A DNA stretch of 64,000 nucleotides from Felis catus. Lineage: Eukaryota. The stretch spans positions 16,370,001-16,434,000 of the forward strand of contig NC_058369.1 of assembly GCF_018350175.1 (NCBI RefSeq), given 5' to 3'. Within the stretch, counting starts at the first letter, position 1; the number at the start of each line of letters is the position of its first letter. Made by a program: the position numbers and the translations under genes. The notes below the pieces were generated by a model. The model made no database searches. It was not told the DNA's origin and saw nothing but the letters and a program-made list of their open reading frames with translations. This document shows positions 25,330 to 38,398 of the stretch, one piece after another.

Positions 25330-26429
25330 GTGAGTGGGTAAGCAGGGACTGCCACTCCACTCAGGTATTTCCCAGGGCAGCTTCCCCCAAGCCATCCCTA
25401 AAGCCATTCGCTCCAGGCGTCCCAGGCCCTCCCCAGCACCTCGGCTTCCCTGCCGGATACTGAAAGGTGGCAGGCTTGGGGTCCGAGATGCCTTCCTCTC
25501 GGCGCTACAGCGTCCCCTCCCGGGCATGAGCTCGTAACCCCGCCCCCACAGACTCATCCCGCTCTTCCCCCAAGTTGGGGGTCCCCAGTGGACCAGAGCC
25601 CGCCTGGAGTGTTTGGAGATGTGAAGGGGCGGAGAGGGACGCGGGGCTCCGGAGTGGGGGTCCCGGCCGAGCCCCGGGTCTCGCGGCCTGGAGCCTCCCG
25701 GGGTGGAGTCAGGGGCGGAGCTGGAGGGGTGGAGGCCGGGCCGGCGTCTGGAAGGGTCGAGACTCTGAGAGACCCGGACCCGGGGAGAGACCGGGGAGGG
25801 TGGGAGAGGGACGTGAGCCCCGAGACGCGGGCAGGGGCGGGGGCGGGTCTAGAGCACAGCGGACCTACCCACTAGGGAGTTCCCGAGGCCGGGGGTCCAG
25901 GCGAGGGCGGGGCGGGAGGGCCGTGGCGGCCGAGCCAGGCTCGGGGCTGGCGGCCCGGCAGCCTCCCCAGGGACCCCGGTGCAGCCCGAGCGGGAGTCCC
26001 GCGGGCGAACAGACAGCGCCGCGGCCGGGGGCGCGCGGGGTACCTCCCGTGAAGAGGTCCTGCTTCGCGGCTGAGGGTCCCTATTCACGGGCCCGGGCAG
26101 GCCGATCAGAAAAAATAACGTCTGTGCCTCCCGGAGAAGAGAATGAAGCGGCGGCAGCGTCGCGGGCTACGTTCCCGGGCCCCGATGTCAGGGCTCCCTT
26201 GGCCCCGTCCCCTCCACACTCACATCCCGCCGCTGGCGACCCGGGGCGCGGCCTCTAGAGAGACGTCCCGGGGCAGGGGCAGCGGGCTCGGCTCGGCAGC
26301 TCCGCACACCCGTGGCGGAGGCGGCGCGGGGGGGGCGGGGGGGCGGGGGGGGCGGGGGCGGGAGAGGCCCAGGGAGGGCGCGGGGGAGGGAAGAGGCGCC
26401 CGGCCGCGGGGGGGAGGGGGAGCGGCAGA

Positions 26430-26631
26430 CGCCGAGGCGAGGGACGCGCGCGGCGGGCGGCGGCTCCGAGCGGCGGCCGGGCGGGGGGCGCTGGAGGCCA
26501 GGCCGGCCAGAGGGGATCCCGAGAGCCCCATGAAGTGCCCCCGGGGCCGCGGACGGGGCGCTGTCCTGGGGAGGCTGTCGGGGGGTCCCCGACATCCATG
26601 GCTAGGCGCGGGCCGCGGCGGCGCGCTCGGA
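26430..26631 (+). other. PTH1R: PTH1R putative non-coding exon U3 (P2 GC-rich promoter)
   Basis: Inside the CpG island after G/GC-box arrays; donor GGA|gtaagt at 26631/26632; start approximate. Confidence 0.65.
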
Positions 26632-27709
26632 GTAAGTCGGGGTCGGGGGCCGGCGCCTCGGGGAGGGGGGCCGGCGTTGGGTAGGGGTGACGCCGGGCCT
26701 GGCCGGGGCGGGCGGGCTGGTCCGTCTCGGTGTCAGTCGGCGGCGCCTCCTCGGAGCCCGGTGGAGCCGGCGGCCCCGCGCCGCTCGGCTCGGTGGCTTT
26801 TTTGGAAACTTGCAAATGTTTTCGTAGAGAGAGGGAAGGGGGAGGGGAGGGAGGGAGCGAGGGAGTGACCGAAACGGAGCTCGGGGCTGCTGGAAGAACG
26901 GAGGCCAAGGCTGGGGGAGCTAGAGACGGACTGACAGACAGGCCGACAGGCAGAGCGTCCCGGCCGCAGGCGTGCTTCAGCCGCGCGGGCGCAGGCGGGG
27001 CTCCGGCCCAGGATGGGGAGAGGGTGCGGGAGGCGGCGGCGGACAGGATGGGGATCCGAGGGGGCTGAGGGGCAGGGAGCCGGCGGCCCGATCGCCCAAG
27101 GGCTCAAAATGTGGTTGCAAAGTTGGGATCGCGTCCCTAAGCTGCACGCCCCGAGCGGCTCGAAACGCGCCCCCCGCCCCGCCCCACCTCCCCTCCTTGC
27201 GCTGCCCGCGGAGCTAAAAATAACAGCCCGGTTCGCCCCCCGCAGACCGCGACCCCAACCCCTCCCCCGACCCCTCCCCCACTGGGCGTGGGGCGAAGCC
27301 ACAGCTCCTAGTTCCCCAAAAGAAAAAAAAAAAAGAAAAGAAAGAAAAGGCGGCGCGGGGTGGGGTGGGGGGGACGGGGGGCGGGCCGGGGGCGGGGGGC
27401 CCGGCCATATGGATGTGATTTCTCCGCTCCGAGGCAGACGGGCAGCTCCGCAGCGCTCGGCGCCCGCCCGCCGCCCGCCCGGCCCCCGGCTGCCTCCCTT
27501 CCTCCCTCCCTCTCTTTCTCCTTTGCGCTCGCTTGCTAGCCCTCGGCGCATGGGCCCCGCGCCGGGCCCCGGGGCCTCGGGCCGCCGGGCCTCCGGGGTC
27601 CCCTAGGCCCGGGCGTGGGCGGGGCAGCCCGGCCTGACGCAGCTCTGTACCCCACCACCACCACCACCAGGGCCGGCGGCGGCGGCTGCCCCGAGGGACG
27701 GGGCCCTAG

Positions 27710-27889
<180 letters not shown>

Positions 27890-30731
27890 TAATCTGAACT
27901 CTGGGTGAGCGTCCTCTCTGACCCGAGATCCTGGGTGCCTGCTGTCTCTGGGGTGTCTGGACCTGGTGCCAGATGCCTAAGGTCTCCTCATTTCTGAAGG
28001 CTGGGTTTGGGGTCCCAAGTCTGGAAATCTGTGGTTGGGGTTCCCCTATCTTCTGCTTCTGCGAGCACCACTCCCGTGGCTGTGTCTCCCTCAGAGATGA
28101 CAATGTGGTCTAGCTGTAGACCGGGCTTTGGCCCTAAGGTAGGGTCCCACAGACTTTGTTCCAGGGCCTCTGTTTTCTGCAAATGTTGTTTGCAATCCAG
28201 CACACGGGGCTGTGAGTCTGAGGTCAGAACCAACCAGGCAGGGGGTAGGATTTAGGGGTCCCCTCCAGCTCTCACAATCACATGCGTGCACACACCGCGT
28301 ACGCTCTTGCCCAGGGAGGCGGTGTGTGTGGCATGGAGGAAGGATGGAGGTCCCCTGAAGGAGACCGACCTCACAGAACACTTCTCCAGGAGAAACGTGC
28401 TGGAGGGGGACTCTGGTGAGTGAGGGACAGAGCAGAGGCCAAGAGGGGACCAGAGGGAGAAGAAGAAACAGGCCGGGAGATGGGCAAGAGAGACAGATGG
28501 GGTGGGGATGAGGGCTCCCCAGAGCAGAAGCAGCAGACAGACCAACAATAGCACAGAAAAGCAGGCACTGGCGGAGGCCAAGAGCCGGAGACAAGGAGGG
28601 AAGCATCATCGTCCGGGGCCAGAGTCTGGGTGCCAGGTCCCGGGGAGTCGGTCAGATCCCTCAGCAGCCCTGTCCCGGGAGACTAGCTCATTGCTGAGGA
28701 GACTGTCCCCCTGTGTGTCCCACTTCAAGGCCCCTGCTGCCTCCCCGGTACCTCCCGGGTGGGGGCATCTGCCTTCTAGAGAGACAAGCGGGCAGGCAGG
28801 CAGCTGCCTCCCCCCTGACCAGCTCCCTACCCAGGCAGAACCTTCATCGAGAAAGCAAGAGCTCTGAGACTCCTCCAGCTGCCTAATGCCCATGTGACCT
28901 TGGCCATCCTCCACACCTCAGTTTCCCCATCTGTGAAAAAAAACAGCAAGAACTATTTGGCTAAGAATCCCCTGATCTGAGGCTCTCTTCTCCTCTGGGG
29001 GCCTCAGCACGTTCCATTCCCTGGTGCCCGTGCCCTCTTAACTCTGGCTCCCCAAAGCCAGAGACCTCACCCCATAGGAGGACTTGCAGATGGGGGAAAT
29101 CGAGGCTCAGAGACGTGTGCGGAGGCAAATGCAAGGACCCAGAGCTGTTTCCCCACATCCCCCTTGGGCCAGGCTCACGGTCCCCAGGGCCCCTTCCAGG
29201 CTGTGTGCAGAGCCAGCCCGCGGTCTGTGTGCACATATATGGGATAGACAGGAAGGTGGGTGTGAGTGTCCTGAGAGCATGTCTGTGTGTCAGAGCAGGG
29301 CTGAGCCAGACTCGGGGCGTGCTGTTCTCCGGGTCCCCGTGAGTGTGTGTCTGAGACGCGTGTGAACTCACATGTGTCTGAAGCTGGGTCTGCACATCAC
29401 TTGCAGGGACGTGGTCGTGCGTATATGTGCATGTGCTTTTGTGAGCACATGTGCACCCAGGTCTATTGTTTCTTATTTCTATTTAATAGATGCTTTTGTA
29501 GCACTCTCTTCTTGCCAGACACTGTTCTAAGCACTTTACAATATTAACTACTTTAATCTTTCCAACAACCCTCTAAAAAAGGTTCTGTTATTGTTCCCAT
29601 TTTTAAAGTAATCTGAATCACGCAATCAATATGACCATTTTTTATTGCATGCCAACCTGGTGCCAAGCCCTGTGTCTCTGTGGGGGGGGGGGGTAATGGG
29701 TCCCCAGGGCCCCTCACTGCTTTCTGGGGAAGTTGAGGCACATGCAGAGAACCGGCCTGGCTTAGCCCTGGTGCAGTTCTGAGGGTAGGGCAGGAGGAGG
29801 GATGCCCTGGCTGGGTCTGCCCTGAGACCTTGTCGGGACAGCAGTGGCGGGATACTCGGACTGTGTATACCCTGGACCTTCCCGAAGACCTTCTAGGTTT
29901 TAGGTCTAGAGGATGTGGCCCAAGCGTCACCCGATACCCTGTAGGCCCCCTGGGCTCGGCTGGAGCCAGCGAGAGACTGACAGCCTGCCAGTTTCTTCTT
30001 CTGAACCCCGGGGTGACCGTTCCCACCCAGATCTGTCCTGTGACCCACTAAGCCCGCCAAACTCAGCGAATAGTTCCTGTCACCAAACCTTCATGCTGCC
30101 TGCCTAGCCGGTCCCAGAAGTGGGCTCCCAGGGACCTCAGGTTTGGGGGGGGCCAGAAAGCGCCCCACTGTGAGGACATCGGCTATGGGCAGACTCAGCC
30201 GGTCCATCTTGTGCCTTACGGGGAATAGTAGCCGCGAGCTGGGGGTCAGGTGGAGTGGATTTTGGAGGAAGGGACGGACCCACAGATTGTGAGTAGGGGG
30301 CAAAAGCATCCTTGGGGATGCCTCATCCTAAGGACATGTGAACGAGAAACTGCAGGTCAGCATGGGGGGCAGGCCTTGAGTGCAGAGATGTGATGCGACC
30401 TCAGGGTCAGACCCAGGAGGGCCTGTGGTGGGTGGGAGTACAGATGAGCCCTCCTAGCCTGCTCCAGAGCCAGTGTGGCCATGGACCCTCTTTTAAAGAC
30501 AGGAAGGAACCACCACGTGTTGAACAATGGCTGTCCTCAGATTCAGAGCTAGAAACTGTCACAAATGTTTTCTCATTCCATCCTTTCACCAGCCCGTTTT
30601 ATGGGAAAGGGCCCTGAGGTTCAGGCAGTGAATCTGTGGCAGAGGTGGGTCTTGAACCCACATCTTCAGACTCTTGCACCAAGCTTCTTCCTCCAAAGCA
30701 AGATCCCCATGTCCCACTGTGGGTTATTTAA

Positions 30732-30838
30732 TTTTCCTTCCTTCCTTCCTTCCTTCCTTCCTTCCTTCCTTCCTTCCTTCCTTCCTTCCTTCTTTTCCTT
30801 TTTTTCCCTCTTTCCCTTCTCTTTCTTCCTCCCTTTCT

Positions 30839-30875
<37 letters not shown>

Positions 30876-30929
30876 TCCCTTCCTCCCTCCCTCCCTCCCT
30901 TCTCCCTCTTTCCTTTCTTCCTTCCTTCC
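30732..30929 (+). repeat. 198 nt purine-free tract, (TTCC)n/(TTTC)n/(CCCT)n
   Basis: No A or G on the plus strand over the interval. Confidence 0.95.
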
Positions 30930-30949
30930 ATAAAATCCTTGTTATTTTA

Positions 30950-31357
30950 CTTTTTTTAAATTTTTTTATTGAACAACTGATACTTGAATATGTTCTTTCT
31001 TATAAAAGAGTCACATAGTACAGAGTAAACGGAATTCACCCTCTAGAGAAGATCATTTTTAACAGTCTGGGTCCGTGGGTGTCCTCCCAGACCTTTTCCT
31101 GTATATTTCCAAAAGGTACTTTTTTGTGTACATATAAAGCAGACAGTTTTGTTCTGTCATTTTCTGCTTGTTGTCAAATGAATGGTGTCTGTTTGTAGGT
31201 AAAGCTCTGCCATGTGCATTTTTTTTTGCATAAAAGTATGTCTTAGAGATCTTCTTGCCAGGAAACATAAATCTATTTTTTCATGGTGCATAGTATTCCA
31301 AAATCTGGGATGCATTAAGCAGTCCCCAGAAATGTATATTTAGACTTTTCTGCATAG

Positions 31358-31391
<34 letters not shown>

Positions 31392-31830
31392 TTCCAGATG
31401 GGGGGCAGAGGAGCTCCTTGAAACGCCCTCCCGTGGCCTCGTGTGACCATTTCTCCGCAGGGTATTTCTAGATTCTGTCATCGCTGGGTCTGAGAACATT
31501 CACGTTTTTGTATCTTAATAGACATGGCCAAACTGGCTTCTAGAAAGCTTGTGCAAGTTTATACTCACAATACCAGGAAGGACCAGGAGGGTCTCTCCCC
31601 AACACCCTCTGTCTCAGGGGGGAAGCATGAGGATTTTCACCTTTGCCATTCTGATAGGTGAAAAATGGTGCATTTTGTCATTTTAATTTGCCAATTACCC
31701 ATAAGCTTTAGGACTTTACGTTGGTCTATTGTCCCTCTTCTAAGAGCTTGCACAGAGCCATTACTCACTCCTCTTTCCATAGCTCATTTGTCTTTTTTGT
31801 ATTGATTTGTTCAAGCTTTTTATATCACCT
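30950..31830 (-). mobile_element. Highly diverged L1-like fragment
   Basis: AT-rich; catagtattcca and ttgccattctgataggtgaaaaatggt are typical antisense old-L1 text. Confidence 0.55.
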
Positions 31831-34800
31831 GCCCTTAAACACCTCCCCCCCCCCCAACACACACACCCCAGCTCTGGGAACGGTCTGTGGACAGAGCAGG
31901 AGGAGGGGAGCCGAGCCCTCCCGGGAACTTGGGTTTTCTTCGGAATGTTTTAATGAGGCGTCAAGTGGCCTCCCCCAGATTCCTGTTGTGGGCCTTCTGG
32001 GGACACTCCCTGGTCCAGCCACCGCATCAGGAAAGCAGCTCTTTCAGAGAGAGAGCTCCTAGGAAAAAGAAAGGGTGGGGTGGGGTTTTTGCAGACCCCT
32101 GAAATTGTCTGCAAAATACAGTGTGACTGAGAGAGGGTGCAAAGCCCCCCTCAGATTCGCAAACACACCAGAAACCTCCAAACCCTAAAGACCCCCAACT
32201 CTGGGCCCGGCCTGCGCGGAGGTGAGAGCCGGTGGATCCTATTCTGCTGACCAGGCGTACGGTTAAGTTAGGCTGTACTATCCTTCTGGGCCTTGGTCCT
32301 CCGGGCCAGGTAGAGGCCGCCTGTGAAGATCCACCGGGTCCAGCAGCCAACTCCGCCATCCCAGGTTCCATCCCACCTCCTGCCCTGAAGGCGTCCACGC
32401 TGGCCAGGATGAGAGGCGTCACAGTGCCTCCCCCCCCCCCAGCCCCTCCCAGCCCTGAACACAGGCAGCCTGTTCAGGAAGGCCTGGAGAGGGGGAGGAA
32501 AAGTCAGCACTTGTCAGCGGTGGCGGGGCAGGAGTGTCCCCGGCAGGGAGCCCGTCCCAGCCTGCTCGGGCCAGCCGGACAGACAGAGGGCAGCAAGGGG
32601 CGGGGAGCAGTCCCTAGCCAGCTGGCACGGGAGACATCGAGGGGTGCCAGCACAGGTCCCAGTAGTGGAACCTGGAGAAGAGGTGCAGGAAGGCCAGGAG
32701 GTCACGAGGGGGTCTCCTGTGAGCCAAGGTTTTCCCCTCCTGGCTTTTCTGGAGGTACAGCTCTCCTCACTCCGAACACCAGGGCGCAACTGTCCTCTGT
32801 CCCATTAGAGCCGAGCACAAGATGCCATCACCAACGCCATCGCCGTGTGGTCGCCTCTGTCTGCCCCCACCCCTGAATTACCTTTCTGCCTCGGAGCCTC
32901 TGCTGGGAGGCTCTTGCCTGGTGCAGCAAGAGGCAGAATCCAGAAGGACTCTGGAAAGCCGGAATTGAGGCTTGCACTAGGGGATCCATGGGGCCTGGTG
33001 CTTCCTCAAGCAGACTGGCCCTCTTCTTTTTAACTGTGACTCTCGGCCTCAGTGTCCCCATTTGCCAGATGGGGATGTGGTGGAAGATAAAGGAGATGTA
33101 GATAAAGCTCCACGGGCAACGGGGTGGGTGCCAATAGGCAGAGGGGCTAGACGGATGCCAGGCAGGTCTGCTTTCTCTAGAGGTGATGAGGAAGCCGACA
33201 GCCGCCTTCCCCCACGGGACCAGGGCGAACCCGGGCAGAGGAATGGGTGAGATGACCCAAGAGGACATCTCGAGTCTGACACTACTCAGTGGAAGAAGCC
33301 CCTTTCCCAAAGGCAGGGGTGTCGGCAGCTGAAGAAGTAGCCCTTGTATTTCCTTCTTAGTTTTGCCTGGAGGAGAATGTAGGCATGTCTGGGATCACAG
33401 ACAGCAAATGTGTGGAATTTGGCAGTTAGGAGAGGAGCTGAGAGGAGTGGCCCTCGTTTGGTCAGTGGCGTGGAACTGGCTCTCTCCACCACCGCTGTCA
33501 CCGTCACACCTCCATCACCACCCCTGGCCTCCCCGTCCTCACCTCCACCCCCACTGCCACCACACGAGGACGCTCATCTCCAACTGGGAGACTGTCCTCA
33601 GTGGGACTTCTCCGGGAGCTCAGGTAGAAGGAACTGCTCCCCCCACCCCCCCACCCCCCGTCCCCGCCCCAGGGGAGGGGTAATGAGCAGATGGCCTTTT
33701 CTCTTCGTCTGGGCTTCTGAACTCAGGAAATGAGAAACACATCCGGGCCTCTTGACCACACACTAGTCTCTCCCTGGGACAGCAGCTTCTATGTTTGTAA
33801 ATAACATACTGGCTTCCAGCCTCCACCTGCACCCTGCCGGGAGCCCCACAGACACCAGCTCATTGCTCAGGCTGCCCTCTCCCTATTCCTCCAGCTCAGG
33901 GCTGAAGTCAGGGCATCACCCCACCCCTTGCGTGTTCACAAACTGCACATCGTGCACACGTGTGCACAGAGGAAGGCTCTGTGTTGGGGGGTGCACCATG
34001 GGGAGTGTGCTACAGCAAGGGGCACTGACGCCGAGCCGTATATCGGTTAGGTCAGGAGAAGTCAGCCCTGACTCCAGACCATAAGAGGGATGTGGGAGGG
34101 GAGATTTGGGGCACCTGGTGCGGGGGCTGGGTGGCCCCCTCATTGGTGGGTGACCCCTGGCTATGATCCATCCCTGGGTCCCTCAGTCCTCGCCCCTGAC
34201 ACCCAAGGTCTGCCAGTACTCTAGATCTAAACTGAGTCCGCACTCAGTTTATTTAAACTGAGCCAGCGTGAGTCCCCCGCACCAGGAGCTGGGCCAGAAA
34301 GACCTGAACTCTGCTGGGAAAGGGGAAGAAGGGCTGGTTAGGTCCGGGGAGGGAGGAGCAGACAGAGTCGACAGGCCAGGAGGGGAAACCGAGCTGCCTT
34401 CGCTTTCCCCTTCACACTCGGGAGATAAGACCCCCTCAGTCAGGGCAGAAGCAGATGAAGGACCCTGTTACCCGCCAAGCCCAAGCCTGGGGGGGCCTTG
34501 CAGTGACTTGCAATCTTACTGGGAATCCAGCTTGGATCGCCCCAAAAACTCACCAGGCACACTTCACCCAGCAGGCCCTCCTGTACTCCCTCCTCCCCCA
34601 CCTTCTGGAGTCCCGCCTCCCATCCACCCCTCACTGTGGGTCCCTGGCCTTAGTCATCTGCCCAGTCTCCCTCTGCCATTCTAGGTCCCCAGCCTGGAGC
34701 CACCTGCAGTGCCCAGCAGCAGGGGAGCCCATAGCAAGTGGGAGAGCCACGACTTGGTGGTGGTGGCGCTGCTAACGGGAGCAGTTACAGCGACCAGCTC

Positions 34801-35649
34801 GGCCCCGACCCAACCCCTGTCCAGGCTGTCCATGCAGTACCTCACTGAATGCTCACGACAGCCCTATCATCCCCCTGTTCGCACAGGTGGAAAACTGAGG
34901 CACAAGGGTTAAGCAACTTCCCTAGCCACAGAGCCCATCAGTGGTGGAGGTGGGATTCAAGGTCCAGTGGTGGCCAGCAGAATGTCCCTGGATGAGGAGA
35001 GGGCACAGCTGGAGGGAGGGACGAATGGGGGCACTGCGGGCAGGGGAGCTGTACTCAAGGGCAGTGGGAATGAACTTGGCATGGAACTGTCCTCCTTTCC
35101 TTGGGAAAGTGCTTCCTTGATTCTGGCTTGGGTTCTTGCTACAGTGGCAGTCCTGAGTGGCAATGGGTCCTACAGCTTCAGGGAGGTCAGAGGTGGGGCC
35201 ACCATCCCTGTGGATAAATGGAGAAGTTTGGGGGCCATGAGGTGCCTCCCTTCTCCTGAGTGTCCCCAGCCCCACCGTGGAAGCCAGACTCCAGAAAAGA
35301 GGGGTGCCTCCCCTTGGCCATAGAGAGGATAAAGCAGCAGCAGTAAGTGGAGGCTGAGCGGACGCCTTGGGCCTGTGAGGGAGCGTGTGGTTAGTTCCCG
35401 GTCATCACCCAGCCAGCACGCTTTGCCGAGTGGGCAGTTTTCAACCCATGACTGCTCACATCAGTGGGCTAGTCTGTCTATTAGGAGGGCTGGTGTGCCA
35501 GCCTTTGGGGACTGGTAGGAGCTTCAGTCACTCCGGAGCTTTCCATCAGCTGGCGAAAAGATGGGGCATTATCTGTTTGTCTTGAGAGAGATGGAGATGG
35601 GCAGAAGAAGGGGTGGGGAGGGGGGTACGGTGAGGGAGTAAGGATAAGA

Positions 35650-35990
35650 CAATGGTAGAGGTGGTACCGACAGTGGTTATGGGGCTGGTGGCAATAATGG
35701 TGATGGCAGTGGTGGTGCTAATGTTGCCTTTGGTGGGGATAGCGACAGCGGTGATGGTAATGATGCTCTACTGGCCGGGATGGTGCTCATGGTGGTCATG
35801 GCGGTCACACTGCTGGTAATAATTAGTGCTCGTGGTGGTAATGGTGCTGGTGCAGGTGGCGGTGGTGATGGGGGTGGTGATGGTTTGTGTTGGCGTTGTC
35901 GGTCAAGGTGATGATGGTTGTTGGTGGTGATGGTGGTGGCGTTTATTGATGGAGGTGCCAGTTGTAATGATGGAAATGGTAGTGAAGGGG
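35650..35990 (+). repeat. Degenerate (TGG/TGA)n low-complexity tract
   Basis: ggtgatggcagtggtggtgct...gtggtgatggtggtggc. Confidence 0.85.
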
Positions 35991-37342
35991 TGCTATCATG
36001 GGTTGGGGTGAGCAGCTCAGCTATGCAGGGATCAGACCCCTCAGGAGCCTGGACCCCCAATGCCAGAGGCACAAAGAGAACTTCTGATTAACCTTGGAGC
36101 CCCGTGAACTAGGGCAGGCCCAGTTGTCCTCCCTCAAGCCCCATCCTGCTCCGCTGCAGCTCAGGGAGGAGCGTGTAGAGCCGGGCGGAAACAGGAGGTG
36201 TGGGGGCCACTAGGGAGCACATGACAATCTGCCCCAGCCCTTCCCGGGGTGCCCTGGGCACTGGATCCAGCTGAGATCTCAGGGTCCAACTCAGACTGCA
36301 GAGACGGAGCACGGACATCTGATAGACACCCCCCCCCACCCCCACCCCGTAAGGAACCCCCGCATGACACACTTGCAGGGGCGCACACGCGGACCTTTGC
36401 CCGGGAACACATGTACACATGCATGTTCCCAGACACCCGAGGCTCACGTCCCAGATGCATGCGGGACAGTCCCCACGTGAGAACGCAAAGAGACAAGGGC
36501 GCACACGAGCGCGCGAGCCGGCCCGCAGTGGGTGCGCGGCCGCTGGACGCCGCGCCGCCCCTCACGCGCGCGCGCACAGACGCGCACGCGCTCCGCTAAG
36601 TAAAACCAGCGGAACCCAAGTCCGGCCGAGCCAATTGGAGACTCCTTGGCCCTGGAAGCCGTTGCTGCTGCCACCGAGAGACGCGGTCAATTAACTTCCC
36701 CCAGCAGCCGGGCTCCCTGACCCGCCCCGCCCGGCCAGCCCGCCCCTTCCCCAGCCCGCCTCCTTCCTCCCCTGCCTCCCCCTGGCTCTCCGCCCTGCAA
36801 AGCTCCCCTCTGACAAGGGACCGGCCCGCCATGCGTTGGCTGAGGGGCAGCAGCTCTGCCTGTTGAGAGGCTAAGGGAGCCAGGCTCTGCCCTGTGGAGT
36901 GTGAGGGGACACAGCCCTGCTCTTGGGGCTGAGGGGTCTAAGGGGACAGACATGTCCCTGTCCTGGTGTCTGAGGGGACCCGGCTCCAACTTGGGGGGGG
37001 GGGGGTGGGGAGGGGGATGCGAGGGGAATGTATTAACCTCTGTGGGTCCCACTCGTGGAAGTGGCTAGACTTGGTCACACTAAGCCGTCCCCAGGGCAGC
37101 ATGCTGCCTTTACTCTGACCCGCTTCCAACCCTGTCGGGGGGGACACAGCTTCAGGGTGCGACCACACCCCGATGCCCGTGATGATCTTGTTCTCCTCCT
37201 CAAAATGATTCCAGGGAACCCCAGTGGGTGGCAGCGAGTGCCCAGGGTGCACAGGTTGGAAGGAAAAGAAGGAAGTATATTCCAGAGGAAACAGTGGGAA
37301 CTGATACTCTCTTGTTGGCACCGTCAGAATACAGGGTCAGTC

Positions 37343-37528
37343 GGGCACCTGGGTGGCTCAGTCGGTTTAGCATCTGACTCTTGAGATTTCAGCTCAGATC
37401 ATGCTCTCACGGTGCGTGAGTTCAAGCCCCGTGTCGGGCTCTGCGCTGATAGAGCAGAGGTGCTTGGGATTGGCTCTTTGTCTCCCGCTCTCTCTCCCAA
37501 AATAAGTACACTTAAAAAAAGAAAAAAA
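37343..37528 (+). mobile_element. Carnivore SINEC in the PTH1R S-E1 intron
   Basis: gggcacctgggtggctcagtcgg head, A tail, degenerate TSD aa(t/c)acagggtc. Confidence 0.88.
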
Positions 37529-38218
37529 CACAGGGTCGGCTTGGGTGGAAGGAGCCTCCAGATAAGCAGTGGGATGTGGGTGACTCCCACCCACAGCCCG
37601 CAGGGGAGTGTCCGCCCAACCAGACCACTGGCCAGCAATTCCTCAGTCCTCTAGCTTCTGGGACCACAAGGCGGGGAGCGGCTGAGGCACTCACCATTCA
37701 CTGCAGAGAGCAGTGACTGGGGAGAGGGCCAGGATGGAAATTGGTGACTCCGGAGGTCCCCCAGGGCACTAGGGCTTGAAAGAATCCAGGGCTGGTTTAT
37801 TTCCCCAGAGTTCACCACTCCTTATCCACCCCCTCTCCCTACCAGGTCCCCAACAGACAGGATCCTGTGAGGATCCATCCCGGGACATTCCATCCCTTTC
37901 CCATGTACCCTTAGGGAACAGACTGCACAGAGAGTATCAGTGGCTGCAGCCTACAGGGTCACTAGCGGACAGGCAGGGGACATTCCCCTCCCTCTTTTAT
38001 CCTTCTGGTGGGACAGGCCCTACCCTTTGGAGCTGCAGATTCCCATCTGTAAAATGGGAGCTTTGTAAGGCAGAGCTCCCAAATTCTAGACTCAGGGCCT
38101 TCGGAAAGGGTTGGGGGCGGGGTGTGGGTGCGGGAACCCCTCAGGGAGGTTGGGATGGTTGTAGGACCTGCCTCTGAGCTGGTAAGTCCTGCCTGCAGTC
38201 TGACGTTCAACTTGGTAG

Positions 38219-38398
<180 letters not shown>

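Noticed and set aside
25575..27606. Long ORFs (197-272 aa) on both strands across the CpG island
   Set aside because: Gly/Arg/Pro/Ala-rich, open in several frames, expected from stop-codon scarcity in very GC-rich DNA; no recognisable domain
35677..36072. Thr/His/Pro-rich mucin-like ORF
   Set aside because: Translation of a (TGG/TGA)n low-complexity tract
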